Positions 16,391 to 26,730 of a stretch of 64,000 nt of DNA are shown in pieces. Source of the DNA: Parcubacteria group bacterium M6-OD1-1. Lineage in GTDB: Bacteria > Patescibacteriota > Minisyncoccia > GWC2-36-17 > M10-OD1-4. Positions within the stretch are counted from its first letter, which is position 1, and each line of letters begins with the position of its first letter. Made by a program: the position numbers and the translations under genes. The stretch is taken from NCBI GenBank assembly GCA_003056085.1, contig LSNK01000001.1:152729-216728 (forward strand), given 5' to 3'. Below the pieces are notes generated by a model. That model made no database searches and was not told the DNA's origin. It saw only the letters and a list, made by a program, of their open reading frames with translations.

Positions 16391-17851
16391 ATGTCAACAT
16401 CAGATATTTTTGAAATGGAAGACCTTATTTTTACAAACTCTACAGAACAAATCGTAACTGGAGGAAGAGATAAATTCCCTTTATTGTCTAAAGCATTCAA
16501 AGATATAAAGCAAATAGGCATTATCGGCTGGGGCTCTCAAGGTCCGGCGCAATCTCAAGACTTACGAGACTCACTGAAAAATACTGGGGTCAAAGTAAAG
16601 ATTGGACTTAGGGAAAACAGCTCATCTATGACAAAAGCCAGAAAAGCCGGCTTCACTGAAGAAAACGGCACTCTTGGTGAAATGTATGATGTTGTCGCTG
16701 AGTCAGATATGGTAATCTTGCTTATAGCAGATTCTGGTCAGGTTGCTGAGTACAAAAAGATATTCACAACAATGAAAAAAGGTGCTACTCTCGGTCTGTC
16801 TCATGGTTTTCTATTGGGACACTTGAAGAACGTTGGAGAGTATTTTCCAGACGATATAAACGTTGTAGGTGTTTGCCCTAAAGGTATGGGACCTTCTGTT
16901 CGTAGACTTTACGAGCAAGGTTCAGGTATCAACGATAGCTTTGCAGTGGAGTGTGACATAGATAGTCGCGCTACAGATATTGCTCTTGGCTGGGCAGTTG
17001 CACTGGGTGCTCCATGTATCTTTGAGACAACCCTGGAGATGGAGTATCGCAGTGATATCTTCGGCGAACGTGGTATCTTGCTCGGCGCCGTGCATGGAAT
17101 AGTTGAAGCACTCTATTATATTTTCTGCTTAAAAGGAGCGAGTAAAAAAGCTGCTTACAGACTGTCAGTAAAAAATATAACAGGTCCAATAAGCCATACT
17201 ATTTCTAAAAATGGAATAATTGGTGTTTACAACAGCCTCAATAGTGGCACCGATAAAGTAATCTTCCATGAAATGTACAAAGCTGCTTACACTCCTTCAT
17301 TGGCACTTCTCAGTGAAATATACGATGAAGTAGAAAATGGGAATGAAATAAGAAGTGTCATAATGGCGGGGAGAAGAAATAATGAATTCCCTATGGGCAA
17401 TATCGACAAAAGCGAGATGTGGGATACAGTAGGTAAAACAGTAAGAGAAACAAGAGGCGACAAAGAGATGCCAATATACCCCATGACTGCTGGTTTGTAT
17501 TGCGCTGTTATGATGGCGCAGATAGACTTATTAACAAAGAGAGGTCATTGTGTGAGTGAAATATGCAATGAATCAGTTATTGAAGCTGTTGATTCGCTCA
17601 ATCCTTATATGCATCATGCAGGGATTGCTCACATGATAGACAACTGTTCGACCACGGCGCGCCTTGGTGCGAGAAAATGGGGACCTCGCTTCTTTGCACT
17701 TATAATGCAAGAAATTAAACCTTCTTTTTCTAGTAGATTAATCGCGGATAATGACTTGATCGATGCCTTTGTGAATCATCCAATTCATAACGATCTCAAA
17801 GTATGCAGTGAACGCAGACCACCCATTGATATATCTCTCAACATTGATTAG
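16391..17851 (+). CDS. ilvC: Ketol-acid reductoisomerase, long class II (plant-like) form
   Basis: IKQIGIIGWGSQGPAQ, LSHGFLLGH, CPKGMGPSVRRLY, SDIFGERGILLG, NESVIEAVDSLNP and CSTTARLG. Confidence 0.93.
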   Translation: MSTSDIFEMEDLIFTNSTEQIVTGGRDKFPLLSKAFKDIKQIGIIGWGSQGPAQSQDLRDSLKNTGVKVKIGLRENSSSMTKARKAGFTEENGTLGEMYDVVAESDMVILLIADSGQVAEYKKIFTTMKKGATLGLSHGFLLGHLKNVGEYFPDDINVVGVCPKGMGPSVRRLYEQGSGINDSFAVECDIDSRATDIALGWAVALGAPCIFETTLEMEYRSDIFGERGILLGAVHGIVEALYYIFCLKGASKKAAYRLSVKNITGPISHTISKNGIIGVYNSLNSGTDKVIFHEMYKAAYTPSLALLSEIYDEVENGNEIRSVIMAGRRNNEFPMGNIDKSEMWDTVGKTVRETRGDKEMPIYPMTAGLYCAVMMAQIDLLTKRGHCVSEICNESVIEAVDSLNPYMHHAGIAHMIDNCSTTARLGARKWGPRFFALIMQEIKPSFSSRLIADNDLIDAFVNHPIHNDLKVCSERRPPIDISLNID

Positions 17852-18304
17852 TTGTTTTTTATTGTCTATTTAGTCCACAAGGACCTCTTTACAAAGAGGC
17901 CCTTTTTTATTTCTTTAAAAATTTACAACATCTAATCCTACGATAAGAGACTGACCAATATTATACATCCTATGATAAAATACAGATATGGAAAGAAGAT
18001 GTTTCTATATATAATATTATTGGAATTGTATTAATTATTTTTGACATTTTCTTATTAAAAATAAAGTGAATATAAAACATGCCTATTTGTTTAAAAGTAA
18101 TAAGATTGAATAAAAATATTAAAAAAAAATTTCTGCTATTTATTACATGATACATACCTATTAATATCTATTCTAAGAACTATTCCTATATAAATATAAC
18201 ACAAAAGAGATCAGAAGCTTTTTCGTCATCTTTTTCATTCTTTTCCTTCTTTCTGACAACTTTTCTTCCATTTTTTTCTTTTAAAAAATATCATTTAACA
18301 CCCC

Positions 18305-18449
18305 CTCTAAGCAAAACAAAAAATCTTTCAATTTCTTGAAAGATTTTTTGTTTTATTGTTTTTCTGTCTTAAACAAATGTTAAAGCATTTCCTTTGCTGT
18401 CTCCTCTGCCTGTTCTGCCTATTCTGTGGACATAGTCGTTGTATGACTG
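18305..18449 (-). repeat. 145-bp direct repeat, resident copy (helicase 3' end and terminator)
   Basis: Identical to 12422-12566. Confidence 0.95.
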
Positions 18450-19622
18450 AGGTATTGTGTAGTTTATAACATGAGTGATGTCTTTAATATCAAGACCTCT
18501 TGCCGCTACGTCTGTTGCAACTAAAATATTTATTCTGCTTTGTCTGAAGTGCGTTAAAGACCTCTGTCTTTGATGCTGTCTTTTGTCTCCATGAATAGAA
18601 TCAACCTTAAATCCATTTCCTCTTAAGTTGACTGTCAGTTCTTCTACATCTTTTTTAGTTTCTGAAAAGACGAGAACTTTTTTAAACTCAGGGTCAGAAA
18701 GAATACCTTTTAATGTATCTATTTTTGAAGCGTTTTTAACTCTTACAATATCTTGGTCAACATTGTCTGCTGTTTTGCCGACTTGAACAGACACCGTAAC
18801 GGGATTACGCAAAAATTGGTCTGTTATTCTTTTAATTTGATCCGGCATTGTAGCAGAAAAGAAAAGCGTCTGTCTTTTTGAATCAGTTTTGCTTAAAATT
18901 TCTCTTATGTCATCTATAAATCCCATATCTAACATCCTGTCTATTTCATCCACCACTACATTATTAAAAGATCTCAAATTAAGAGCGCCTCTTTTTTCAA
19001 GGTCTTTTAATCTCCCTGGTGTGCCTATTATGAAATTTGGATTTCTTTTTAAATCTCTTAACTGTTTGTGTATCGGCATACCTCCTATACATGTTGTTGA
19101 GTAAAGATTCATACCGTAAGCAAAAAGCTTGAACTCGGTTTCTATTTGGGAACAAAGCTCGCGCGTTGGAGCGATAATCAAAACTTTTTCCGTGCGGCTG
19201 CCGGCTACTTTATTTATCTGAGGCAATAAAAATGCTCCTGTCTTGCCTGTTCCTGTGTTTGCAAGCCCAACAACATCTTTCCCTTCAAGTATATACGGGA
19301 TGGATTGGTCTTGTATGGGAGTTGGTTTAACAAATTTTCTTCTTTTTATATTTTCCTGTATCTTTTCAGAAAAATTAAAATCAGCAAACAAATTATTTAC
19401 TTTTATTTTCTCGCTTTTTACGCCGGAAGCCTTTTTGACAAACTTAGATATGTCTATGTTGTTTGACCTTCTTTTAAACCCTCTTCCTTTGTATCCTCCG
19501 CTTCTTTTACCGGAACGATGCTTTGAAAAGCTGCCGTACGATTTTGAGTTTGTTGATGACCTGTTTTTATTACCACCAAATCTATTACCAGACCTCTGTC
19601 TGGATTTATTATTATTATTCAT
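18369..19622 (-). CDS. DEAD-box RNA helicase (DEID variant)
   Basis: PTPIQ, TGTGKT, PTREL, TPGR, DEID, SAT, ARGLD and HRIGRTGR. Confidence 0.96.
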   Translation of the reverse strand: MNNNNKSRQRSGNRFGGNKNRSSTNSKSYGSFSKHRSGKRSGGYKGRGFKRRSNNIDISKFVKKASGVKSEKIKVNNLFADFNFSEKIQENIKRRKFVKPTPIQDQSIPYILEGKDVVGLANTGTGKTGAFLLPQINKVAGSRTEKVLIIAPTRELCSQIETEFKLFAYGMNLYSTTCIGGMPIHKQLRDLKRNPNFIIGTPGRLKDLEKRGALNLRSFNNVVVDEIDRMLDMGFIDDIREILSKTDSKRQTLFFSATMPDQIKRITDQFLRNPVTVSVQVGKTADNVDQDIVRVKNASKIDTLKGILSDPEFKKVLVFSETKKDVEELTVNLRGNGFKVDSIHGDKRQHQRQRSLTHFRQSRINILVATDVAARGLDIKDITHVINYTIPQSYNDYVHRIGRTGRGDSKGNALTFV

Positions 19623-19955
19623 AATTTTCCTTTCCCTGTCTGTAAGTTGGTTTCAGACAGTAATTAACACTTCCTAATCCCTAAAATCTTTATTTAGAGA
19701 CTTCAATTGCTGTATAAAAAATGAAATGCTAATTACCGAATGTATCTTAAGATGAGAGGTTTTTAAGATACGCTTTAATAGATTCTCTCTTTATAGAACA
19801 ATTTTAATTAAAATTAGGACTTAAGCACTTAAGTCCTAAAAAATTATTAACTTTCAGTACCATAGCATAAACTTTAAAAAATAGCAAGGAGTTGCGCTGT
19901 GAGCTTAAAAACAATGGATTTTTTATTTTTATATTAAATATGATATACTTTTTGT

Positions 19956-20747
19956 ATGATTGAAGGTTTTATATTTGGAACATTACAGGGAATAGCAGAA
20001 TGGCTTCCGGTTAGTTCGGAGGGGGTTATTTTTTTGGTGCAGACAAACTTTTTTTCAAATTTAACTATTGAACAAACAATAAGATTTGCGCTCTTTTTGC
20101 ATTTGGGGACCGCTCTTGCCGCTTTGCTGTATTTTTGGAAAGATTTTTGGAATCTTTTGAAAACTTTTTTCAACTATAAAAATGAAACCGGTGAAAACAA
20201 GCTTGTTTTGAATTTTCTGATAATCTCCACTTTAATAAGCGGAACCTTAGGGATTTTACTGCTTAAAACCTTAATAAATATTGAGGGGGCTGTTGAACTT
20301 TCAGGGAAAACCTTAACTTTCTTGATAGGTATATTGCTTTTGTTTACCGCATACCTGCAGCTTAAGAAAAAATCTGAAACCTCCAGAAACTTAAACGACT
20401 TAAAACCATCTGACGGTATTTGGCTTGGCATAGCACAAGGTATCGCAGTGCTTCCCGGGCTCTCACGCTCAGGAATGACTGTTTCTGTACTGCTTTTGAG
20501 AAAATTTGACGATGTTTATGCCTTGAAACTGAGTTTTTTAATGAGTGTACCTATAGTGATTGCGGGAAATATAATTTTAAACATTAAAGATTTTTCTTTA
20601 TCATTGGAAAATCTAATCGGCTTTTTCTTTGCATTTTTATTTGGAATTTTAACCATCAAATTTTTGCTTGAGTTTGCAAGAAAAGTAAATTTTGGATACT
20701 TTATATTGATATTTGGAATTTTAATGATGATTTCTATCTTTTTCTAA
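19956..20747 (+). CDS. uppP: Undecaprenyl-diphosphatase
   Basis: QGIAEWLPVSSEG and PGLSRSG motifs; multi-TM. Confidence 0.93.
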   Translation: MIEGFIFGTLQGIAEWLPVSSEGVIFLVQTNFFSNLTIEQTIRFALFLHLGTALAALLYFWKDFWNLLKTFFNYKNETGENKLVLNFLIISTLISGTLGILLLKTLINIEGAVELSGKTLTFLIGILLLFTAYLQLKKKSETSRNLNDLKPSDGIWLGIAQGIAVLPGLSRSGMTVSVLLLRKFDDVYALKLSFLMSVPIVIAGNIILNIKDFSLSLENLIGFFFAFLFGILTIKFLLEFARKVNFGYFILIFGILMMISIFF

Positions 20748-20910
20748 ACATCAACTAAGAGAATATAAAATCATTCTCCTTAAACCTTTCGCGAAAATTA
20801 CTGCTCATTGCGCAACTGTACAATAAGCAGTAATTTGAAATCTGTTGACATCCTTGGATTTTTGTATAGTATAAAATAAGTTCTTTTTACAACAAACTGG
20901 AGGACTTGTA

Positions 20911-21501
20911 ATGATAATGTCAATTGAAGATAAACTCCTTGAGAAATACTTGAGTGAAAACTATATGTTTTCACATGAAATTCTCACTAAAGAAAAATTT
21001 CTTCTTCGTTTATGGGATATTTTCTCGTTGATAATTCAATACAACAGAAAAAACACATTGGTTTTAAAAGCTGTTGGAAAATGTCCTTATATTATTCCAA
21101 AATCATATACTATTATTTCCATTCTTTACGGAGCATTTTCCAGCGAACCTCATTTAAAAATGGTCGTCAAAGAATTTGTCTGCATGCTCAATGAAGATAT
21201 TGATAAAAAAGAGCTTAGTGTACTCACATACGCCTCTCATAAAAGATATTCATTTTTCCCCGAACTTTACGGTATATGGAAAAAAATTGATGAAATATAC
21301 ACCTCGGGCTCTTTTGATACAACTAAAATTCCTGTAACTCCTTATCGCGCATTTTCTTTTTTCACTTTAAATCACGCGGAAATGATTGTCAATTATACAA
21401 GTATTGACGATATATATACAAAATTGAGACATCTTCAAGACAACAGAAATGAGTTGGAAATTTTAATATCTGAGAAAAAAGACAAGTTAGAAATACACTG
21501 A
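20911..21501 (+). CDS. Hypothetical protein
   Basis: 196-aa ORF with its own TTGACA promoter, GGAGG SD and downstream terminator. Confidence 0.65.
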   Translation: MIMSIEDKLLEKYLSENYMFSHEILTKEKFLLRLWDIFSLIIQYNRKNTLVLKAVGKCPYIIPKSYTIISILYGAFSSEPHLKMVVKEFVCMLNEDIDKKELSVLTYASHKRYSFFPELYGIWKKIDEIYTSGSFDTTKIPVTPYRAFSFFTLNHAEMIVNYTSIDDIYTKLRHLQDNRNELEILISEKKDKLEIH

Positions 21502-21613
21502 GCTTTCAGGCTCTTAAGTCGCCGGCAAAAAACCGGCGATTTTTTATTTTCTGAGATTAATCAAAAAGGATGTTTTTCTTGATTCTTTATTTTTTATTCG
21601 TTATTCTTACCTT

Positions 21614-22636
21614 ATGATAATTTTAGCCATTGAAACTTCATGTGATGACACTTCTGTTTCTGTTGTAAAAGTCACCGGCAAAAAAACACCGAAGTTTCAA
21701 ATTTTATCCAACGAAATATCTTCTCAAATAGAAGTCCACTCACCTTACGGAGGAGTGGTGCCGTCTTTGGCGTCTCGCGAACATTTAAAAAACTTGCCTT
21801 TAGTTTTTAAAAAGGCAATAAAAAAAGCAAATATAAAACTAAAAGATATAGACTATATAACTACGGCAACAGGACCTGGGCTTATCATCGCGCTTCTTTT
21901 AGGGGTAAATTTTGCGCGGGCGCTTGCTTACTCTTTGAATAAAAAAATAATTCCAGTGCAGCATATCTCGGGACACATTTATTCAAACTGGCTTTCAAAC
22001 AAAAAAATAGAATTTCCGGTTTTAAATTTAGTGGTTTCGGGAGGACATACTCAGCTTATTTTGATGCGCAAGCACGCAAAATATAAAATCTTGGGATCCA
22101 CGCGAGATGATGCTGCCGGAGAAGCTTTTGACAAAGTTGCAAAACTTTTAAAACTTAGTTACCCGGGTGGCCCTATAATTTCAAAACTTGCAGAAAAGGG
22201 AGACTTTAAAAAATATGATTTCCCCCGTCCTATGATTAATTCAGATAATTTTGACTTTTCATTTTCAGGACTTAAAACATCTGTATTTTATTTTGTAAAG
22301 AAACACCCAAAAGCACTAAAAAAAGGAAAAGTGCAAAACGATGTTTGCGCTTCATTTCAACAAGCGGTTTTGGATGTTTTAATTTCAAAAACAATGAAAG
22401 CGGCAAAAAAATATAAAGTAAAACACATTTTGCTTGCGGGAGGCGTCTCGGCAAATAACGAACTTAGAAAACAATTGGAAAAAACTGCAAAAGAAGAAGG
22501 ATTCAAATTTTTAGTTCCTGAAAAAATATTTTCAACAGACAACGCAGCTATGATAGCTTCCGCCGCTTATTTTAACCAAAAAAAGGCAACTTCATGGAAA
22601 AAGGTGGATGCAAGCGCCAATTTAAAACTGATATAA
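21614..22636 (+). CDS. tsaD: tRNA N6-adenosine threonylcarbamoyltransferase
   Basis: IETSCDDT, HISGH, VSGGHT, DDAAGEAFDKVA, FSFSGLKT and TDNAAMI. Confidence 0.97.
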   Translation: MIILAIETSCDDTSVSVVKVTGKKTPKFQILSNEISSQIEVHSPYGGVVPSLASREHLKNLPLVFKKAIKKANIKLKDIDYITTATGPGLIIALLLGVNFARALAYSLNKKIIPVQHISGHIYSNWLSNKKIEFPVLNLVVSGGHTQLILMRKHAKYKILGSTRDDAAGEAFDKVAKLLKLSYPGGPIISKLAEKGDFKKYDFPRPMINSDNFDFSFSGLKTSVFYFVKKHPKALKKGKVQNDVCASFQQAVLDVLISKTMKAAKKYKVKHILLAGGVSANNELRKQLEKTAKEEGFKFLVPEKIFSTDNAAMIASAAYFNQKKATSWKKVDASANLKLI

Positions 22637-22710
22637 TTTGACATAAAAACTTCTTATGATAGGCTAAATTTAATATTATATTTGTTCCTTCAAAAAAAAA
22701 GGGGTATGCC

Positions 22711-23361
22711 ATGCCTGAAAATACATACAAAAAACTTATCAAAAAAAGTAAGGAAGATTACAAAGCTGCGCTTAATATAAAGTGTGAAGATAAAAAATAT
22801 AAAAAAGTATTGTGCTTAATGTCACATATATCTGAAATATATTTTTCATCTGCACAAAATATATCCAAAAAATCAACTGGGATTAAACCTTATTTTATTT
22901 CCACTTGGTATTTTTTAAATGCTTTTTTTTGGTCTTTTTTACTCAATATTAAATATAGAATTGACTCTTTAAATAGCTCCCAACTGATAAATCATGCTGT
23001 TATTTTAAGTAAATTTGGAATGCATAAAACAGCAAGAAAATACGCAATATTGGCTATTTCATATTCTGATATCTCAGAAAACAACAAAGCCATCGCATGC
23101 TCAAAACTTTTGAAAAATCCAACCTTAAGTGAAAAGGAGAAATTATTTTATTATATGCTGACCCAACGCTTGGTCAATGAAGGCAAGGTTACACTTGCTG
23201 CAAAAATAAAAATATTTCAAACGTTGGCCGTTTTCTCCAAAAAGAGAGGTTGTCACAAAGACTCTGAAAACCATATCAACCAAGCTATAAATATAGCAAG
23301 AAAATATGGCTATAAAGAAAAAATCAGAACTATAAGAGCAACTTTGGAAAATATTTCGTGA
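22711..23361 (+). CDS. Hypothetical helical-repeat (TPR-like) protein
   Basis: 216-aa ORF with promoter, SD and terminator; Ala-rich helical pattern. Confidence 0.6.
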   Translation: MPENTYKKLIKKSKEDYKAALNIKCEDKKYKKVLCLMSHISEIYFSSAQNISKKSTGIKPYFISTWYFLNAFFWSFLLNIKYRIDSLNSSQLINHAVILSKFGMHKTARKYAILAISYSDISENNKAIACSKLLKNPTLSEKEKLFYYMLTQRLVNEGKVTLAAKIKIFQTLAVFSKKRGCHKDSENHINQAINIARKYGYKEKIRTIRATLENIS

Positions 23362-23432
23362 AAATTAAAGCGGTCGTGAAACGACCGCTTTTTTATTTGA
23401 TTGTTTTGAGCTTTTATTTTATACTTCAACTT

Positions 23433-24332
23433 ATGAATGAAGAAAAAAACAAACAAAAAATAATCTTAGTCACAGGCGGAGCCGGGTTCATTGGCTCGCA
23501 TTTGATAGAAGAGTTAGTCAAAGATAAAAATAATAAAGTTATATCTTTAGATAATTATTTCACCGGAAGCACTAACAACCACATTGAAGGCGCTGAATAC
23601 ATTGAAGGTCATACAAAAGATATAAAAAAATACATAAAAGAAACTCCGGACATTATTTATCATCTTGGTGAATATTCTCGTGTTGCAAAAAGCATAGAAG
23701 AACCTGATATTGTTTGGGACCTCAATATAAATGGAACTTTCGGTGTTTTGGAATTTTGGCGAGAAACAAAATGCAAACTTGTTTATTCTGGGTCTTCAAC
23801 AAAATTTTCGGATTCACGCAAAGAAGGAACAGAGGGACGAAATCTTTCTCCTTACACATGGATGAAGTCGGCAAATACAGAATTAGTTAAAAATTATGGA
23901 AATTGGTTTGAGTTGCCCTATGCCATAACCTATTTTTATAATGTTTACGGACCAAGAGAATTGTCCGGAGAATATGGAACATATATAGAAATCCTGAAAC
24001 AAAAATATCTAAATGACGAACCTTTTGAAGTAAGATTACCTGGGACTCAAGAGCGTAATTATACACATATAAAAGACACCATTTCCGGACTTCTACTTGT
24101 GGGGGAACAAGGAAAGGGAGATGAGTACGGCATTGGAGCAGAAGAAAATTATACAACTCTTGATGTCGCCGAGCTTTTTGACCATAAAATAAAAATGCTT
24201 CCTGAAAGAAAAACGAGTAGACCTTCAACAAAAAATATAGACATCAAAAAAGTTAAGAATTTGGGCTGGAAACAAAAATACGCATTGAAGGAATATATAA
24301 AAGACATTATTAAATCCAAAAAAAATGCCTAA
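23433..24332 (+). CDS. NAD-dependent epimerase/dehydratase
   Basis: GGAGFIGSH, SPYTWMK (YxxxK) and NVYGP; start placed at MNEEK. Confidence 0.93.
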   Translation: MNEEKNKQKIILVTGGAGFIGSHLIEELVKDKNNKVISLDNYFTGSTNNHIEGAEYIEGHTKDIKKYIKETPDIIYHLGEYSRVAKSIEEPDIVWDLNINGTFGVLEFWRETKCKLVYSGSSTKFSDSRKEGTEGRNLSPYTWMKSANTELVKNYGNWFELPYAITYFYNVYGPRELSGEYGTYIEILKQKYLNDEPFEVRLPGTQERNYTHIKDTISGLLLVGEQGKGDEYGIGAEENYTTLDVAELFDHKIKMLPERKTSRPSTKNIDIKKVKNLGWKQKYALKEYIKDIIKSKKNA

Positions 24333-25539
24333 AAAAATACTCATCTTTTCTCTTTCCTACTATCCAAATTATGTAGGAGGAGCAGAGGTTGCGATAAAAG
24401 AAATAACCGATAGAATTTCACAAAAAGATATGGAATTTCATTTAGTATGTTTGCGATTTGACAGCAACCTGCCAAAAGTTGAAAAAATAGGAAATGTACT
24501 TGTGCATCGCATTGGTTTTTCAAAAAAAAATCCGGACTTGCCTCAGCTCAAAGAATACCCCTTGCACTTTAATAAGCCTCTTTATCAATTTCTTGCGGCC
24601 TTAAAAGCCATGCAACTTCACAAAAAATATAAATATGACGGTATTTGGGCTATGATGGCGCACTCAACCGGGGTTCCGGCAGCTATTTTTAAATTATTCA
24701 ATCCAAAGGTACATTACGCTTTGACTCTTCAAGAAGGGGATCCGACAGAATATATAGAAAAAACAATGAAACCTCTCTGGCCTTTGTTCACCCGCGCATT
24801 CACCAAAGCAGATGTTATCCAGCCAATATCAAACTTTTTAGGAGAATGGGCAAAAAAAAGAAATTATAAAGGACCTATAGAAATTATCCCAAATGGTTTT
24901 TCTCCTGCGTCTTTTTCTCAAAAATATTCTGAAGAAGAACTCAAAAAACTTAAAAAGAAACTCGGAAAAAAAGAAAATGATATCTACATTGTCACTGTTT
25001 CACGGTTAGTGCATAAAAATGCCGTAGATGATGTTATACGAGCGCTCCCCCTTTTGTCTGAAAATATAAAATTTATAGTAGTTGGAGGCGGTCCGGATGA
25101 AGAAACACTCCGCAGTCTTGCGAAAGAACTGAAAGTTTCAGAGCGTGTAAAATTTATCGGACAAGTTGATAGAACAGAAACGGCAAAATATAGAAGAATT
25201 TCTGATATATTCTGTCGTCCCAGTCGTTCTGAAGGAATGGGAAATTCATTTGTTTCTACCATGGTCACACGTTTGCCAATTATTACAACCCAAGAAGGAG
25301 GTATTGCTGATTTTCTTTTTGATGCCAAAAGAAACCCTGATAAGCCAACCACGGGCTGGGCGGTAGACAAAGACAGTCCGAAGCAAATAGCCGAAGCTGT
25401 AAACGACATAATTGCAAATCCAAAACAAGTTAAAAAAGTAACTGAAAATGCATTTGAGCTTGCTTATGAAAATTACAACTGGGATTTCATTGCAAAAGAT
25501 ATACAAGAAAAAGTCCTAACTCCAAAAAAGAAAGTATAG
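24325..25539 (+). CDS. Glycosyltransferase family 4
   Basis: GGAEV, SRLVHKN and PSRSEGMG. Confidence 0.92.
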   Translation: MPKKILIFSLSYYPNYVGGAEVAIKEITDRISQKDMEFHLVCLRFDSNLPKVEKIGNVLVHRIGFSKKNPDLPQLKEYPLHFNKPLYQFLAALKAMQLHKKYKYDGIWAMMAHSTGVPAAIFKLFNPKVHYALTLQEGDPTEYIEKTMKPLWPLFTRAFTKADVIQPISNFLGEWAKKRNYKGPIEIIPNGFSPASFSQKYSEEELKKLKKKLGKKENDIYIVTVSRLVHKNAVDDVIRALPLLSENIKFIVVGGGPDEETLRSLAKELKVSERVKFIGQVDRTETAKYRRISDIFCRPSRSEGMGNSFVSTMVTRLPIITTQEGGIADFLFDAKRNPDKPTTGWAVDKDSPKQIAEAVNDIIANPKQVKKVTENAFELAYENYNWDFIAKDIQEKVLTPKKKV

Positions 25540-25628
25540 ACAAAAATAGAATTTTATGCTAAAAAATAATCAAGTAAAATTGATTATTTTTTAGCATATT
25601 AAAAACTACATAAATTAGGAGAAACGAA

Positions 25629-25907
25629 ATGAACTTTATGTTTATTTATTGGAATCATAAAAACCGAATAAACCCAATGCAACTGGCCGACCTTTTAACA
25701 AAAGCCTTGCGGGAAATCAACGCTTCAGACACTAAAGAAGTACCAACCGTCACAGCAGTACCATATTATTTAGCGATTGCTATAAGTAGCGAAATTATTG
25801 ACACTACCACAGCAAATAAACTGTGGAACGATTATGCTATAAATGACTGCAACAACAGTTTATTAGAAGATGATATTGTTTTGTCAAAGAAATACGAGGA
25901 GAAATAA
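25629..25907 (+). CDS. Hypothetical protein
   Basis: SD AGGAG; stop is coupled to the next start. Confidence 0.5.
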   Translation: MNFMFIYWNHKNRINPMQLADLLTKALREINASDTKEVPTVTAVPYYLAIAISSEIIDTTTANKLWNDYAINDCNNSLLEDDIVLSKKYEEK

Positions 25908-25908
25908 A

Positions 25909-26649
25909 ATGAATAACGAAGATTACGGATTACTTTTGCGTGTTTATGCAAAAACGCCCGAGGATGTAAATAAGATCGTAGAGCGAGCTATTACAAATGT
26001 AATTTTAGCGGTTAATCTTGATATTTTTTCTAACATTATTGTTTTGGTTCCAAAAGATTATGATTGTGGAATGACGGCAAAAACTTTGTCAAACAAACTG
26101 CAAGAACAAAACATCAAAGGCATTGTTTTTGAAATACCTGGGCACCACAGCTCTGAAGCGCTAAACGAAACTCTAAGTGAGTTTCATTGGACTATTGATA
26201 ATGTTGTTATTATTTCCGGTAAAGCTATGCCTTATTTGACCGCTGCAAATATGAACGCAGCTGACGAGGCATTTTCCGCCGGCGCAATGGTTGTCGGAGT
26301 TGTTGTAAACGAACTTGAGAATATAATTCTTTCCGGTCGTGTGCAAAATACCTTTGCTGTTTGGAAATTAGAAGAACTTTTGTCACTGGGAGGATTTCAA
26401 ACCAACCTTGACGTTGAAGAAATCGACCCTTTGGTAAAATTAATTCAAATAAACGGCAAATGTATCGCTATTTTGGATCCGGAAGAAAAACCGAAATTAA
26501 ACATCCGTAAAAGCAAAGACGGTATCGCTCGTCACAATGAAGTTATGACTACAAAACTTAAAAATCAACAAATAGAAGTTGATAGGCTCAGTGTTGATTT
26601 TGACTTCATTAAAAATGGCATAATGGAAGGTTATCCTAAAAAAATATAA
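25909..26649 (+). CDS. Hypothetical protein, possibly degenerate GT-A fold
   Basis: Long ORF, GAGGAG SD before MNNEDY; SEALN and LLSLGGF motifs loosely recall GT2. Confidence 0.65.
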   Translation: MNNEDYGLLLRVYAKTPEDVNKIVERAITNVILAVNLDIFSNIIVLVPKDYDCGMTAKTLSNKLQEQNIKGIVFEIPGHHSSEALNETLSEFHWTIDNVVIISGKAMPYLTAANMNAADEAFSAGAMVVGVVVNELENIILSGRVQNTFAVWKLEELLSLGGFQTNLDVEEIDPLVKLIQINGKCIAILDPEEKPKLNIRKSKDGIARHNEVMTTKLKNQQIEVDRLSVDFDFIKNGIMEGYPKKI

Positions 26650-26730
26650 ATCTTTCTAAGAAAATAAATCTTACAGGCTCCCCTAATAGGGAGCCTTTTT
26701 TATTTTTTGTAAAATGCTATAATTAGTTTC

